NCBI GenBank assembly: GCA_003554525.1
Contig: PWGO01000036.1
Location: forward strand, 8,246 to 40,245
Direction: 5' to 3'
Length of the DNA stretch: 32,000 nucleotides
From: Syntrophomonadaceae bacterium
Lineage (GTDB): Bacteria > Bacillota > Dethiobacteria > DTU022 > PWGO01
The notes under the pieces are model-generated. The model had not been told where the DNA came from. It made no database searches and saw only the letters and a program-made list of their open reading frames with translations. Below, piece by piece: positions 15,636 through 25,272 of this stretch (positions within the stretch are counted from its first letter, which is position 1; each line of letters opens with the position of its first letter). The position numbers and the translations under genes were made by a program.

Positions 15636-16290
15636 CCTCCCTTACTATGGTTCTAGGTCCTCCGTGGTGAGAAGACGACCAGTCCTTGGGGGGCTGGATT
15701 GTTTCCAGCTCCTTGAGACGGCCGAGGTTGGAGAGGCGTTCGTGGATGAGATGCCAGGCGCAATCAATCTCCGGGCTTAATTCACATTTTCCTTCCGCTG
15801 AACCACCGCAGGGACCATTCAGTATGCTTTTGGCACACCTGGTAACAGGACATATGCCCCGGGTAAGGTGAAGAACACAGTCTCCACATCCCAAACAGCG
15901 CTCAGACCATACTCCCTGCTCCAGCGGGTACCCCATAAATTTGGTGTTTAACCCGGGCATTACCAGGAGGGAAGGATACCTCTCCGTAATAGTCTGCACC
16001 CCTACTCCACAGGCCAGGGAAATTATTATTTCGTATTCATCAAGACGAGACTTAACCTGGTCTACAAATTCATATTCGCACTGCCTTTCTATAGTTAAGG
16101 CATCAACTTCCGCCTGCTTGTTGTCCTTTTTGCACTTAATCCTCAGGGATGCGGCCAGCTCTTCGGCTTCTTTTTGTCCCCCGGCCAGGCAGACCGTTAC
16201 GCAGGTTCCACATCCTAACACCAGTATTTTGCTATTTGAATCCACAATTTCTTCTATTTGCTCAAAAGGTTTTCTTTCCCCAACGATCAT
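15610..16290 (-). CDS. metV: Methylenetetrahydrofolate reductase small/Fe-S subunit MetV (MTHFR C-terminal-domain protein)
   Basis: 226 aa. It is Cys-rich (LGCGTCVTVC, CLGCGDC, CPVTRCAKSILNGPCGG, CELSPEIDCAW), as in MetV proteins encoded directly upstream of metF in acetogens. Confidence 0.82.
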   Translation of the reverse strand: MIVGERKPFEQIEEIVDSNSKILVLGCGTCVTVCLAGGQKEAEELAASLRIKCKKDNKQAEVDALTIERQCEYEFVDQVKSRLDEYEIIISLACGVGVQTITERYPSLLVMPGLNTKFMGYPLEQGVWSERCLGCGDCVLHLTRGICPVTRCAKSILNGPCGGSAEGKCELSPEIDCAWHLIHERLSNLGRLKELETIQPPKDWSSSHHGGPRTIVREDVRLDSGE

Positions 16291-16388
16291 AGTATTTCAC
16301 CTTTCTTTCCAGGTGTTGTAATATTTTTGACTAAACAGGAGTCCGCCTTTAACTTTAAGCATGGCATAAACTTCGCCGGCTGTAGTTT

Positions 16389-16425
16389 CTGCCGCGGCTT
16401 CCCCGGGTTAAGGAAGCCGCGGCAG
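16389..16425 (-). other. Perfect 14-bp GC-rich hairpin between acsE and metV
   Basis: CTGCCGCGGCTTCC (16389-16402) pairs with GGAAGCCGCGGCAG (16412-16425), with a 9-nt loop. There is no U-tract on either strand. Confidence 0.75.
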
Positions 16426-16525
16426 TTATTACCATTGTACTACGTTTTAAACCGGTATTAATTCTTCTTGTTATTTTAGCTCTTGTTTTATAACTGTTTA
16501 GCCTTTTTTTGTTCCACTGCTGCAG

Positions 16526-17332
<807 letters not shown>

Positions 17333-17362
17333 TTACTGTTGTAAATTTACTCTTTTAACAGC

Positions 17363-18340
17363 CTAGTAGCTGTTGTCTTTCATAAGGTCTTCAATATGAG
17401 ACTTGGTTATCTCTACAGCACGGGGATGGCGCATAACCAGCAGGTTAATACCCGACTGCAGGTACACCATGGCCGTACTGGCTTCCCACAACAGTCCTCT
17501 TTCTTCCAGCTCGCCCCAGCCGGGCTGCTCTTCTTCGCTAATGTTAGCTTCCTTGGTCTTCCATACTTCCATGCCTATATTGCCAATGGTGGGCATGGCC
17601 AGCATCTTGTCTCCCTGCAAGGCACCCAGGCGGGCTCTTTCCATAATGGAGTAGCTGTACTCAATACCGTAACCCAGGGCAGCTACTGTAGGATCGATAA
17701 CTATTTTATTGGCCAGAGCCTGGCTCATTTCCAGAATAAGGATATTTAGCTGTTTGCAGATGTTGATGTCAATGGGTGACTGAGCAATTATATTGTGGCC
17801 GTGCGCCATGCAGGCACTGGTTATAGCCTTGTAATTTTCCTGCTCGGCCACACCCAAAAGCAGGTTCTCACCCTCAGCAGCTTCTCCTACCTTGGGCATT
17901 ACCTGGTTGTCCTTTTCGTTGTTGCCACAACCCAAGACAATAAGGGGAACTCCTACCGCCTGGAGCACTTTCTTAACGTTCTCGGCACACTCTTCCGGGG
18001 AAGCATCGGTAGTTTCCGGGTCGGCGCTCTGCAGGCGCAGGGTGATTACCTCCGCCCCGTACTCGTTTACGCATTTTTTGGCCCATTCCGCAGGATCATC
18101 GTAAACATCCCCATAGTAATTTTCAAACAGCTGATTCCAGGTATCTGGCCTTTTATCCCATACCTCCATGGCCACTACGGGTTTGTTAGGAACCTCTCCT
18201 TCAAAATGCAGGAACGGAAGAGTACTTTCCCCGCCTAAAGTTACAGTGTTGGTCCTGGTGCCACCCTGTTCTGAAGTGGCGCCCAACACAACTTCTCCAA
18301 CTTTGCTTCTATATTTCTCTTTTAAAATTTCCACGGACAT
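17363..18340 (-). CDS. acsD: Corrinoid iron-sulfur protein small subunit (CFeSP delta)
   Basis: 325 aa TIM-barrel subunit located between acsC and acsE. The conserved context and the N-terminal VTLGGESTLPFLHFEG block are typical of AcsD. Confidence 0.88.
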   Translation of the reverse strand: MSVEILKEKYRSKVGEVVLGATSEQGGTRTNTVTLGGESTLPFLHFEGEVPNKPVVAMEVWDKRPDTWNQLFENYYGDVYDDPAEWAKKCVNEYGAEVITLRLQSADPETTDASPEECAENVKKVLQAVGVPLIVLGCGNNEKDNQVMPKVGEAAEGENLLLGVAEQENYKAITSACMAHGHNIIAQSPIDINICKQLNILILEMSQALANKIVIDPTVAALGYGIEYSYSIMERARLGALQGDKMLAMPTIGNIGMEVWKTKEANISEEEQPGWGELEERGLLWEASTAMVYLQSGINLLVMRHPRAVEITKSHIEDLMKDNSY

Positions 18341-18449
18341 CTCTCACTTCTCCCCTTTCTGTACATCTTCTAGGCTCATTAAATTTTATCAAAAAACTGC
18401 CTACCGCATTATTGTACCAGTATACTGCATGCATGTAGCTGGTTTGGGT

Positions 18450-19778
18450 TTAGGCAAAGTTTTCTTTTGCAAACTTGGGAATACCGGCTGCCTCCCTGGG
18501 GCCAACCATAACTTCCCAGCCGGATTCATCTTCCAGGGAGCCTTTTAGAACGGCAACCCCGCCAGGTATTACAATCTTCTTGTGGTTTACCTTGGATTCC
18601 AGGTCATTTTCCTTCATCTTCTTGGCTATAATTTCCCCGTCGAACTTGTTATCCGCGTACGCTGTCAACACGGATATTCCGCCGGTATCGATACAAAGGA
18701 TATAACTTGGTATGCGGGAATTTTCCACCTCGCCCTGTACTATGAAGTAGGTCAAGGAGAAGTTGGTAGTCACGTAAACCGGGGAATTCTCGTTTACCTC
18801 GCCAACAGCGTACAGTCCGGCTTCCACCTGAATCGGCTTCTGTGGGTCGGTAAACAGGTTTAGTCTCCAGGATACCAGGGGCAACAGCTGTTGCTTTTCG
18901 CTGGCTTTCAGGGATACTATGCTGGCGTATTTGCTCACGTAAGCCCCGGCCTGCAGGATTTCCTCCTGCGGGCTTTCCTTGGAAGTAAAAGCTATGGTGG
19001 GGAACCCAAAAGGCCGGAATTTTTTCTTAATGGCCTGTCGGCGCATCTGGGTCATGTCCGCTATAACCTGGGAAGTTTCCCGGGCCCCACTGTCCAGAAC
19101 CAGCTCCTTGTAGCCCAGGTCGGTTATCTTCTGGGAAAGCTCCGCCAGGTGGTTTAAATCTTTGCCCTTAACCCCCAGGGGGCATTCCTTGGACTTGGCC
19201 AGCTCGGTCATCTTTTCGTAGTTGTCTTCCGTTGCCGCGTACACCAGGGGATTACGGTCAGCAACTGCTTCCAGGGCCTGAGACATGGCATCAACATCTT
19301 CGGAAACCAGCACCATGGCCTTGTTGGTTTTGGAGGCTACTGTTTCCACGGCTTCTTTAAATTTGCTTCCGTCACCAGAATCGTTAATTACCGCCACCAT
19401 GTCAGTAACCAGTTCCAGCCCCACCCTTTCAAATTCGAGCTGATCAAATTTTTCCGCTTCTTTTGCCACATCGTCAGTATCTTTTATCTGAACCGCTATA
19501 CCGGTAGGATGAAAGAACTTCTTGTCGTGGCGGAAGAGTTCCGTTTCGTCTCCGATTTCTACCACGTTGTCTCCCGTGCCGATCTTGACCAGCTTGATGG
19601 GAGGCGCGGCTGCAGAATCCAGGGCCTCTTTTGCTTCTTCGCTCACATAAGGACACTGGTCCAGCGAAGCTTTTCCTCCAGCCAATGCCATGGCAAATGC
19701 CAGGCAGGTTGGAGAACCACATTCCTTGCAGTTGGTTTTCGGTAAATGTTTATAAATTTCCAGTCCGGTCAAACCCAT
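18450..19778 (-). CDS. acsC: Corrinoid iron-sulfur protein large subunit (CFeSP gamma)
   Basis: 442 aa. The N-terminal 4Fe-4S motif is KTNCKECGSPTCLAFAMALAGGKASLDQCP, followed by TIM-barrel and B12-binding regions. Confidence 0.92.
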   Translation of the reverse strand: MGLTGLEIYKHLPKTNCKECGSPTCLAFAMALAGGKASLDQCPYVSEEAKEALDSAAAPPIKLVKIGTGDNVVEIGDETELFRHDKKFFHPTGIAVQIKDTDDVAKEAEKFDQLEFERVGLELVTDMVAVINDSGDGSKFKEAVETVASKTNKAMVLVSEDVDAMSQALEAVADRNPLVYAATEDNYEKMTELAKSKECPLGVKGKDLNHLAELSQKITDLGYKELVLDSGARETSQVIADMTQMRRQAIKKKFRPFGFPTIAFTSKESPQEEILQAGAYVSKYASIVSLKASEKQQLLPLVSWRLNLFTDPQKPIQVEAGLYAVGEVNENSPVYVTTNFSLTYFIVQGEVENSRIPSYILCIDTGGISVLTAYADNKFDGEIIAKKMKENDLESKVNHKKIVIPGGVAVLKGSLEDESGWEVMVGPREAAGIPKFAKENFA

Positions 19779-19877
19779 TATCTATTCGCTCCTTTCTGGT
19801 AAAGCTTTTCTCTGTAGATAAAAAAGTAGATAGAAAAAAGGGCTTCATTGCCGGCCGGGCTCCACCCTTTGTATTTT

Positions 19878-22085
19878 TTACATCAACGGATCCATCTTCA
19901 TTGCAGGATGATCTTTTTCTTCCAGGAAAGGCAGTATTTCATCTGCAGTAGTTCCAACGGTTTCATCTGCAATCTTGTCAATAAAATCTGCACCAAGGCC
20001 ATCTTCTTCTGCACGCTTTTTCAATTCCTCGCCAAGAGATTCTTTGAGCTCGCTGGGTATCCAAATCAGCCGGGCCAAACCACCGTCACCGCTGATGAAC
20101 TTGCGGCTTAAAACGTAAGCCCTTCCGTGTCCCATAAATCCGGGAGTCTGAACTCCGCCGCCTACGGTGCCCGCCAGCGTGGAGAAGGTCATACCGCAAG
20201 GGGTGTCTCCCCCGTACTCCCGGGTAGTTATCATAACCCCGTTAGCTTCGGGAACAATAGCCATGATACACTCGAAGCAGCCGCAGGAAGTCATAGGCCG
20301 GTCCATGAAGCTGTACATGGAACTCTCTTCAATGCTGCGGTTGGTATTGAGGTAAACAAATTCGTTTACGGATTCCCAGATACCCTTTTCTGCATCTATA
20401 AGGCCTTCTTTTTTGATAGGCTGATTGGGGCCATTGGGGTCAATTTCGTTAGAAGCCTTGGCATCAAGCCAGCTAACGGCGCCGCACAGACCCAGCCTTT
20501 CCGGGGTTACCACGCATACGTGATTGGGAGCAAAGGACTGGCACAGGCTGCAGGAATAGAACTCTTCCACGGATTCGTCGGTCATGCCGCGCAGTTTCTC
20601 GTCTCTTTCGTTGTAGAATTCGCGGGCTCTTTCCAGTTCCTGTTCTACTTTTTGTTCCTCGGTAATTATGTCAACCTGTACCCGGTCCACAATAGAGGGA
20701 AATTCATCTTTGAGTTTGGCAACAAGAAGTTCACCAAAGTGATGGAATTTAAAACCTTTGGCCTTGGCGTCTTTGCTTATACGCACCCAGATGGTATCCC
20801 TCTGGGCCATGTGCCACAGCCCTTCCCCGTAGTTCATAAAGTCGTGGATACGGCGTTCTAAAACGCCCTCAAAGTCTTTCTGCATCTTGCGGCCAAAGAT
20901 CTTTACTACCAGCCCCATGGGCACTCTTCCGCCTTCTTCGACATCGTCGATTTCCGGGCCTGTTACTTCCACTTTGCCGTCTTCAAGCTCGTTCTCTCCT
21001 ACCGATTCTACCAGCTCAAAAGCGGTGGTTTTGGTTCCGCCAAATTCGCAGTGCATGTCGCCCTTACGGATGGCTTCCCCTTCAAAGGCCGGTCCTACAG
21101 TGATGGGTACGGGTATCTCCGTAATCTTTAGCTTGATGCCCCTTAGCTCCATGGCAACTTTTAAGATGTCTTCGTAGTTGGGGTTGGAAACGTACCAGTT
21201 GGGAATCTGGTGATCTTCATCCAGCTCCTGGTCGGTAATTACCGGGAAGCCCAGGAATATTGCAGCAAAGTGAGCTGCAACTTTTACTTCATCAATCTCA
21301 CCCAGCTGCAGCACAAACGCTCTTACCCGGCGTCTCTGGTAGTCCCGGTTTTCCTGGCGGTTGCCAGGGGTAATACCGCCAAAGGCCACCCCTGCCCTCA
21401 GGGCATAGTTCACGGCGTGGATCACCTGGGTAAAGTTGCCCAGCGGGAAGGCAATGAAATCCACACCCATCTTCAGGTTGGCTTCCAGGGCCTGTTCAAT
21501 TACTTCATTACAGAGGAAAATCATAAATCCTTTGGCCTGGAGGTCCTGTACCAGCTTGGCCAAATCTTCCGTGCTCTTAGCTTTACCCACGATTACTGCC
21601 TGGCCGGGAATAGTCCAGTCCACCAGCAAGATACCGTAACGGCGCACGATGGGGTCTCCCAGGAAACCGGTCCATGGTTCAACGTGGAAACCGTCTCCTT
21701 CCAGGTAGTGAAGAACTTCTATCATTTCCGCCGCGTAAGCTGTTGCCTCTCCGCACAGCCGGGCATTGTAAAATGTCGGTTCTTCATAAATCTGGTCTCT
21801 CATACGGTTTAAAATGGGAGGCAGATCGCTCAGCTTGGTTACCTCTTCACCACTTAAAGCACGTATTACCGGCAAATAGTACCCCGTCTCGGGATACCCC
21901 ACGGGCTGTTCCGGGCCGTATTTTCTTAAAGCCTGGTTGAGTAGAATCTCGGCGTAACTGGTAGCTATAACCGCGCCATCGTAAGCTTTCTCAAACAGCT
22001 TCACCGGCGGATTGGATTCGTCAACTGCGCCTTCAAAAATCTCCTCAAACGATTCTTCCCATTCTCTTGAAATTACTTCAGACAT
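19878..22085 (-). CDS. acsB: Acetyl-CoA synthase (CODH/ACS alpha, A-cluster subunit)
   Basis: 735 aa. A-cluster ligand block SCGCFECIMA, plus CSLCQSFAPNHVCVVTPERLGLCG. Confidence 0.95.
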   Translation of the reverse strand: MSEVISREWEESFEEIFEGAVDESNPPVKLFEKAYDGAVIATSYAEILLNQALRKYGPEQPVGYPETGYYLPVIRALSGEEVTKLSDLPPILNRMRDQIYEEPTFYNARLCGEATAYAAEMIEVLHYLEGDGFHVEPWTGFLGDPIVRRYGILLVDWTIPGQAVIVGKAKSTEDLAKLVQDLQAKGFMIFLCNEVIEQALEANLKMGVDFIAFPLGNFTQVIHAVNYALRAGVAFGGITPGNRQENRDYQRRRVRAFVLQLGEIDEVKVAAHFAAIFLGFPVITDQELDEDHQIPNWYVSNPNYEDILKVAMELRGIKLKITEIPVPITVGPAFEGEAIRKGDMHCEFGGTKTTAFELVESVGENELEDGKVEVTGPEIDDVEEGGRVPMGLVVKIFGRKMQKDFEGVLERRIHDFMNYGEGLWHMAQRDTIWVRISKDAKAKGFKFHHFGELLVAKLKDEFPSIVDRVQVDIITEEQKVEQELERAREFYNERDEKLRGMTDESVEEFYSCSLCQSFAPNHVCVVTPERLGLCGAVSWLDAKASNEIDPNGPNQPIKKEGLIDAEKGIWESVNEFVYLNTNRSIEESSMYSFMDRPMTSCGCFECIMAIVPEANGVMITTREYGGDTPCGMTFSTLAGTVGGGVQTPGFMGHGRAYVLSRKFISGDGGLARLIWIPSELKESLGEELKKRAEEDGLGADFIDKIADETVGTTADEILPFLEEKDHPAMKMDPLM

Positions 22086-22119
22086 TATCTACATACCCTC
22101 CTTTTAAACGGCTTATAAT

Positions 22120-24087
22120 TTACCAGGTTTTACTAAGCTCAGTTTCAAACTTTTCCGCTACCTGCTTGTGCACTTTCAGCTTCCAACTTCTCTCATCCAG
22201 TGCATTCAATATCTTGCCTACAGCTGCTTCGGGATCTTCTTCCCATATGAAATAGCCGCCGTAAACGTCTTGGGCAATCTGCATGGCTACGCCATTAACC
22301 AGTGCGCTTCCAGTAACCTCAGGAACCACACCTACGTGTGTGGGGATACCCAGGGTTACACACCAGCTGCCGATAGAAACGGCCTTTTCACTCATGGCTT
22401 CAGGCGCAGTTGCTACAAACGGAACCTTGGGAACGTCTACTCCCCATTGTTCCGCCAGGGCATTGGTAAGGTCGTACGACCTGGTATTGTCCACGCAGGA
22501 ACCCATGTGGAACACCAGAGGCAGCTTGTTTCCGTCAAGCTTATCAGAATTGGCGTCGTTAAGCTTGTTTATAAAGTCTTTCAGGCCGTCACCTGCATAC
22601 TTCTCTACCGCATCTTCGTTCATCAGTCCCAGCTTGGCGGCGGTTCCCGCTGCACAGCCGGTAGCTACAATCAACACATTGTTCTTGGCCAGTTCTTTGA
22701 TAATGTGAGAATGGCTCTCATCGTGCATAACCCTTAAATTATTACAACCGGCAAAGAGGGCTACCCCCCTTAGCTGCCCGGAATCTACGGCGTCAGTAAT
22801 AGCCTTGATAGGCGCACCGGGGCTTACTGCTTCCAGCAGTTCACCCATGGCTTCGAAGCTAAACCCTGCTGTAACCTTGTGCTTCACATCGGGTATATCC
22901 GCCTTGCCCGGATCTCTCTCTTTGTAAGCCTCAATAGCCAGGCGAACTACTTCACGGGCCTTTTCCATGGCATGTTCTTCAGTAAATTCTACATGGTATG
23001 CACCGGGAATCTTGGAGTGGGACATGGTGGTTATAATCCTGGTATTGTAGCATTCCGATACCGCCTGTACCCCGGGCATGATACACTGAACGTCTACTAC
23101 CATGGCATCCAGGGCCCCGGTCATTATGGGAAGCTCCTGGGAAAGGAAGTTGGTGAGAACAGGTACTCCCTGGCGCATAAGCACTTCGTTGCCAGTACAG
23201 CATATACCCATACATTTGATGCCTTTGGCCCCGGCTTCTTTGGCTTCATCCTGCATTTCCTTGGCTACCCTGACTATCATTTCACTTAAAAGGGGGTTGT
23301 GGCCGTGCACGGCAATATTAACCATCTCCGGTTCCATAACTCCCATGTTGGCTTCGGTAGTAACCGGCTTGGGAGTTCCAAACAGGATATCGGAAATATC
23401 CGTAGCTATATGCATAGCGGTATAATCGGCCAGTGCTGTTCTCAACCCCTGGAAAATAAGGTTTACCGGGTCGGAATCCACACCCATGTGCGTTTGACCC
23501 ATGGTTTCCGCAATAGAGGTATGCACACTGCGCGGAACCACGTTGCACTTGTTGAACTTCTCCATGCGTTCCGGAACTACAGTAGTTTCCAGCCATTTGC
23601 AGGGATCCCCGGTTAGGCTGGTAAAATCTTCAACCGCCTGTTTCCACACCTCTTTTAAAAGGTCGTCATCGCTTTTGCCTTCCCGGGACATGCCCAGGCG
23701 CTCTGCTACACCGTACAGCTTTTCGTTATCTTCGATGGAATAGTCCGGGGCATTTCCTTCAAACATCTCTGTAAGCGTGTAAATCATGTGGCGGCTGTGG
23801 TCAGCGTGGGCGCTGGTACCTCCTGTTATAGCCCGGATCAGGTTGCGAGCTACGATAGTGTACGGGTGAGCCCCGCATATACCCTTGTCCGCTTTCTTGG
23901 TAATACGACAAGGTCCCTGCAGACAGATCCTACAGCAAATTCCCTGTCTACCGAAATTACACTGCGGCTGCATTTTTACATAACGGTCATAAGCACTTTC
24001 TTTCTCACCCTGGTTTTTGTCATATACTTCCAGGGCAGCCGGGTCAATGGTTCTTCTAGGATCTACTTTTTTCTTTTCTTCGGACAT
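22120..24087 (-). CDS. acsA: Anaerobic carbon-monoxide dehydrogenase catalytic subunit (CODH/ACS beta)
   Basis: 655 aa. The N-terminal D/B-cluster cysteines are QCNFGRQGICCRICLQGPCR, with C-cluster blocks (HGHNP, CTGNE, GCNN, MGSCVDN). Confidence 0.95.
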   Translation of the reverse strand: MSEEKKKVDPRRTIDPAALEVYDKNQGEKESAYDRYVKMQPQCNFGRQGICCRICLQGPCRITKKADKGICGAHPYTIVARNLIRAITGGTSAHADHSRHMIYTLTEMFEGNAPDYSIEDNEKLYGVAERLGMSREGKSDDDLLKEVWKQAVEDFTSLTGDPCKWLETTVVPERMEKFNKCNVVPRSVHTSIAETMGQTHMGVDSDPVNLIFQGLRTALADYTAMHIATDISDILFGTPKPVTTEANMGVMEPEMVNIAVHGHNPLLSEMIVRVAKEMQDEAKEAGAKGIKCMGICCTGNEVLMRQGVPVLTNFLSQELPIMTGALDAMVVDVQCIMPGVQAVSECYNTRIITTMSHSKIPGAYHVEFTEEHAMEKAREVVRLAIEAYKERDPGKADIPDVKHKVTAGFSFEAMGELLEAVSPGAPIKAITDAVDSGQLRGVALFAGCNNLRVMHDESHSHIIKELAKNNVLIVATGCAAGTAAKLGLMNEDAVEKYAGDGLKDFINKLNDANSDKLDGNKLPLVFHMGSCVDNTRSYDLTNALAEQWGVDVPKVPFVATAPEAMSEKAVSIGSWCVTLGIPTHVGVVPEVTGSALVNGVAMQIAQDVYGGYFIWEEDPEAAVGKILNALDERSWKLKVHKQVAEKFETELSKTW

Positions 24088-24146
24088 TTTCTAACCTCCT
24101 TAACAGGTGGATTTTTAACGATTTTAATAATGCCTCCATCTACAAT

Positions 24147-24917
24147 TTACTTTTGAGGTATTCCCTCACCCCCCAGTATGTTCTCCATAATTTTTTCTAT
24201 TTGTTTATGAAGTAAGCTGCTTTCATGGCAGGCCTCACCGCGGGCTAAAGAAAGAACTTCCGCATCAAACGGCAGCATGCCAATAAAAGTACCTTCCGGC
24301 AAAGATTCTTTTAAAAACCCGGCTTCCTGCTCTTCCCTGATCTTGTTTCCCAAAAAATAAAGTTGTTTTATCCCCAGCTCATTAGCCAGGTTTTGCACCA
24401 GAAGTGAAGTTTTAACGCTGGTCAGGGAAGGCTCAGTAACCGCCAGCATTAAATCTACCCCCCTGGAAGTGCCCCGGGTTAAATGTTCAATTCCTGCGCT
24501 CATATCCAGTACCACGGTTTTATCAGTATCGTAAAACAGCGAATTTAAAATCGACTGAAGAAAAGCGTTTTCTTTACAGTAGCAGGCCGTACCTCCCTGC
24601 TTGACTCCCCCCATTCGGAGAAAGCTTATATTGCCCCTGTTAATGCTGTATTCTTCCAAAACATCTTCAGTATTGGGGTTCAAATCAACTAAAGCCCCAC
24701 CACCTTTGTTTTTTTCTTCTATTACTTCCTTCATGTCTATCAGGGGAACCTGTTCTTCAATCACCCTGGGATCCAGGCCCAGGGTGATCCCCAGGCTGGC
24801 ATCGGGATCGGCGTCTACCGCATAAACACCGTTACCCCGGCGGGCAAAATAATCCACAAGTGATGCTGCAACGGTTGTTTTGCCTACGCCGCCCTTCCCG
24901 GAAACGGCTATCTTCAA
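24147..24917 (-). CDS. cooC: CODH/ACS nickel-insertion accessory ATPase (CooC/AcsF family)
   Basis: 256 aa. It has a deviant Walker A GKGGVGKTT and a CxC metal motif (TACYCKENA). The start is TTG, 7 nt after a GGAAGGAGG SD. Confidence 0.88.
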   Translation of the reverse strand: MKIAVSGKGGVGKTTVAASLVDYFARRGNGVYAVDADPDASLGITLGLDPRVIEEQVPLIDMKEVIEEKNKGGGALVDLNPNTEDVLEEYSINRGNISFLRMGGVKQGGTACYCKENAFLQSILNSLFYDTDKTVVLDMSAGIEHLTRGTSRGVDLMLAVTEPSLTSVKTSLLVQNLANELGIKQLYFLGNKIREEQEAGFLKESLPEGTFIGMLPFDAEVLSLARGEACHESSLLHKQIEKIMENILGGEGIPQK

Positions 24918-24951
24918 ATTTGTTCCTCCTTCCCGTACACACTGTAGTTTT

Positions 24952-24999
24952 TCTTTTAAACCATCCTTTAAAAGAACCCTTTAAAAGACCTCTAAAAGA
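24952..24999 (-). repeat. A/T-rich repeat cluster in the acs operon leader
   Basis: Plus strand: tcttttaaa-ccatcc-tttaaaaga is a 9-bp inverted repeat (24952-24975). Direct copies are cctttaaaaga (24965-24975), cctttaaaaga (24978-24988) and cctctaaaaga (24989-24999). The cluster sits 35-80 nt upstream of the cooC start. Confidence 0.7.
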
Positions 25000-25219
25000 A
25001 AAGGAATAAAGAAAAAGATAACTGGCAAACCAAGCAAACTAAACTACTATCTTATTATAATCAGGTTTACACTTAAACTGTTAAAACACTTATAGTACTC
25101 ATCAATTTTGAGTTATTCTACAGACCTTTCTTTAATTCCTCTACCAAAAAGAAAGTTGCTCTTTTCTCAAGATTCCATCTATTACAACGGTTGCGTCAAT
25201 TATCTACAAAATACAATAC

Positions 25220-25252
25220 AAAAAAATAAGATGGAGGACGTGCCCCCATCTT
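25220..25252 (-). terminator. Strong intrinsic terminator of the ctsR-clpC operon
   Basis: The minus RNA reads AAGAUGGGGG-cacgu-CCUCCAUCUU followed by AUUUUUUUG. The stem is 10 bp with one G.U pair, and starts 21 nt after the clpC stop. Confidence 0.85.
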
Positions 25253-25272
25253 AAATTTACGATTAATCCGGG

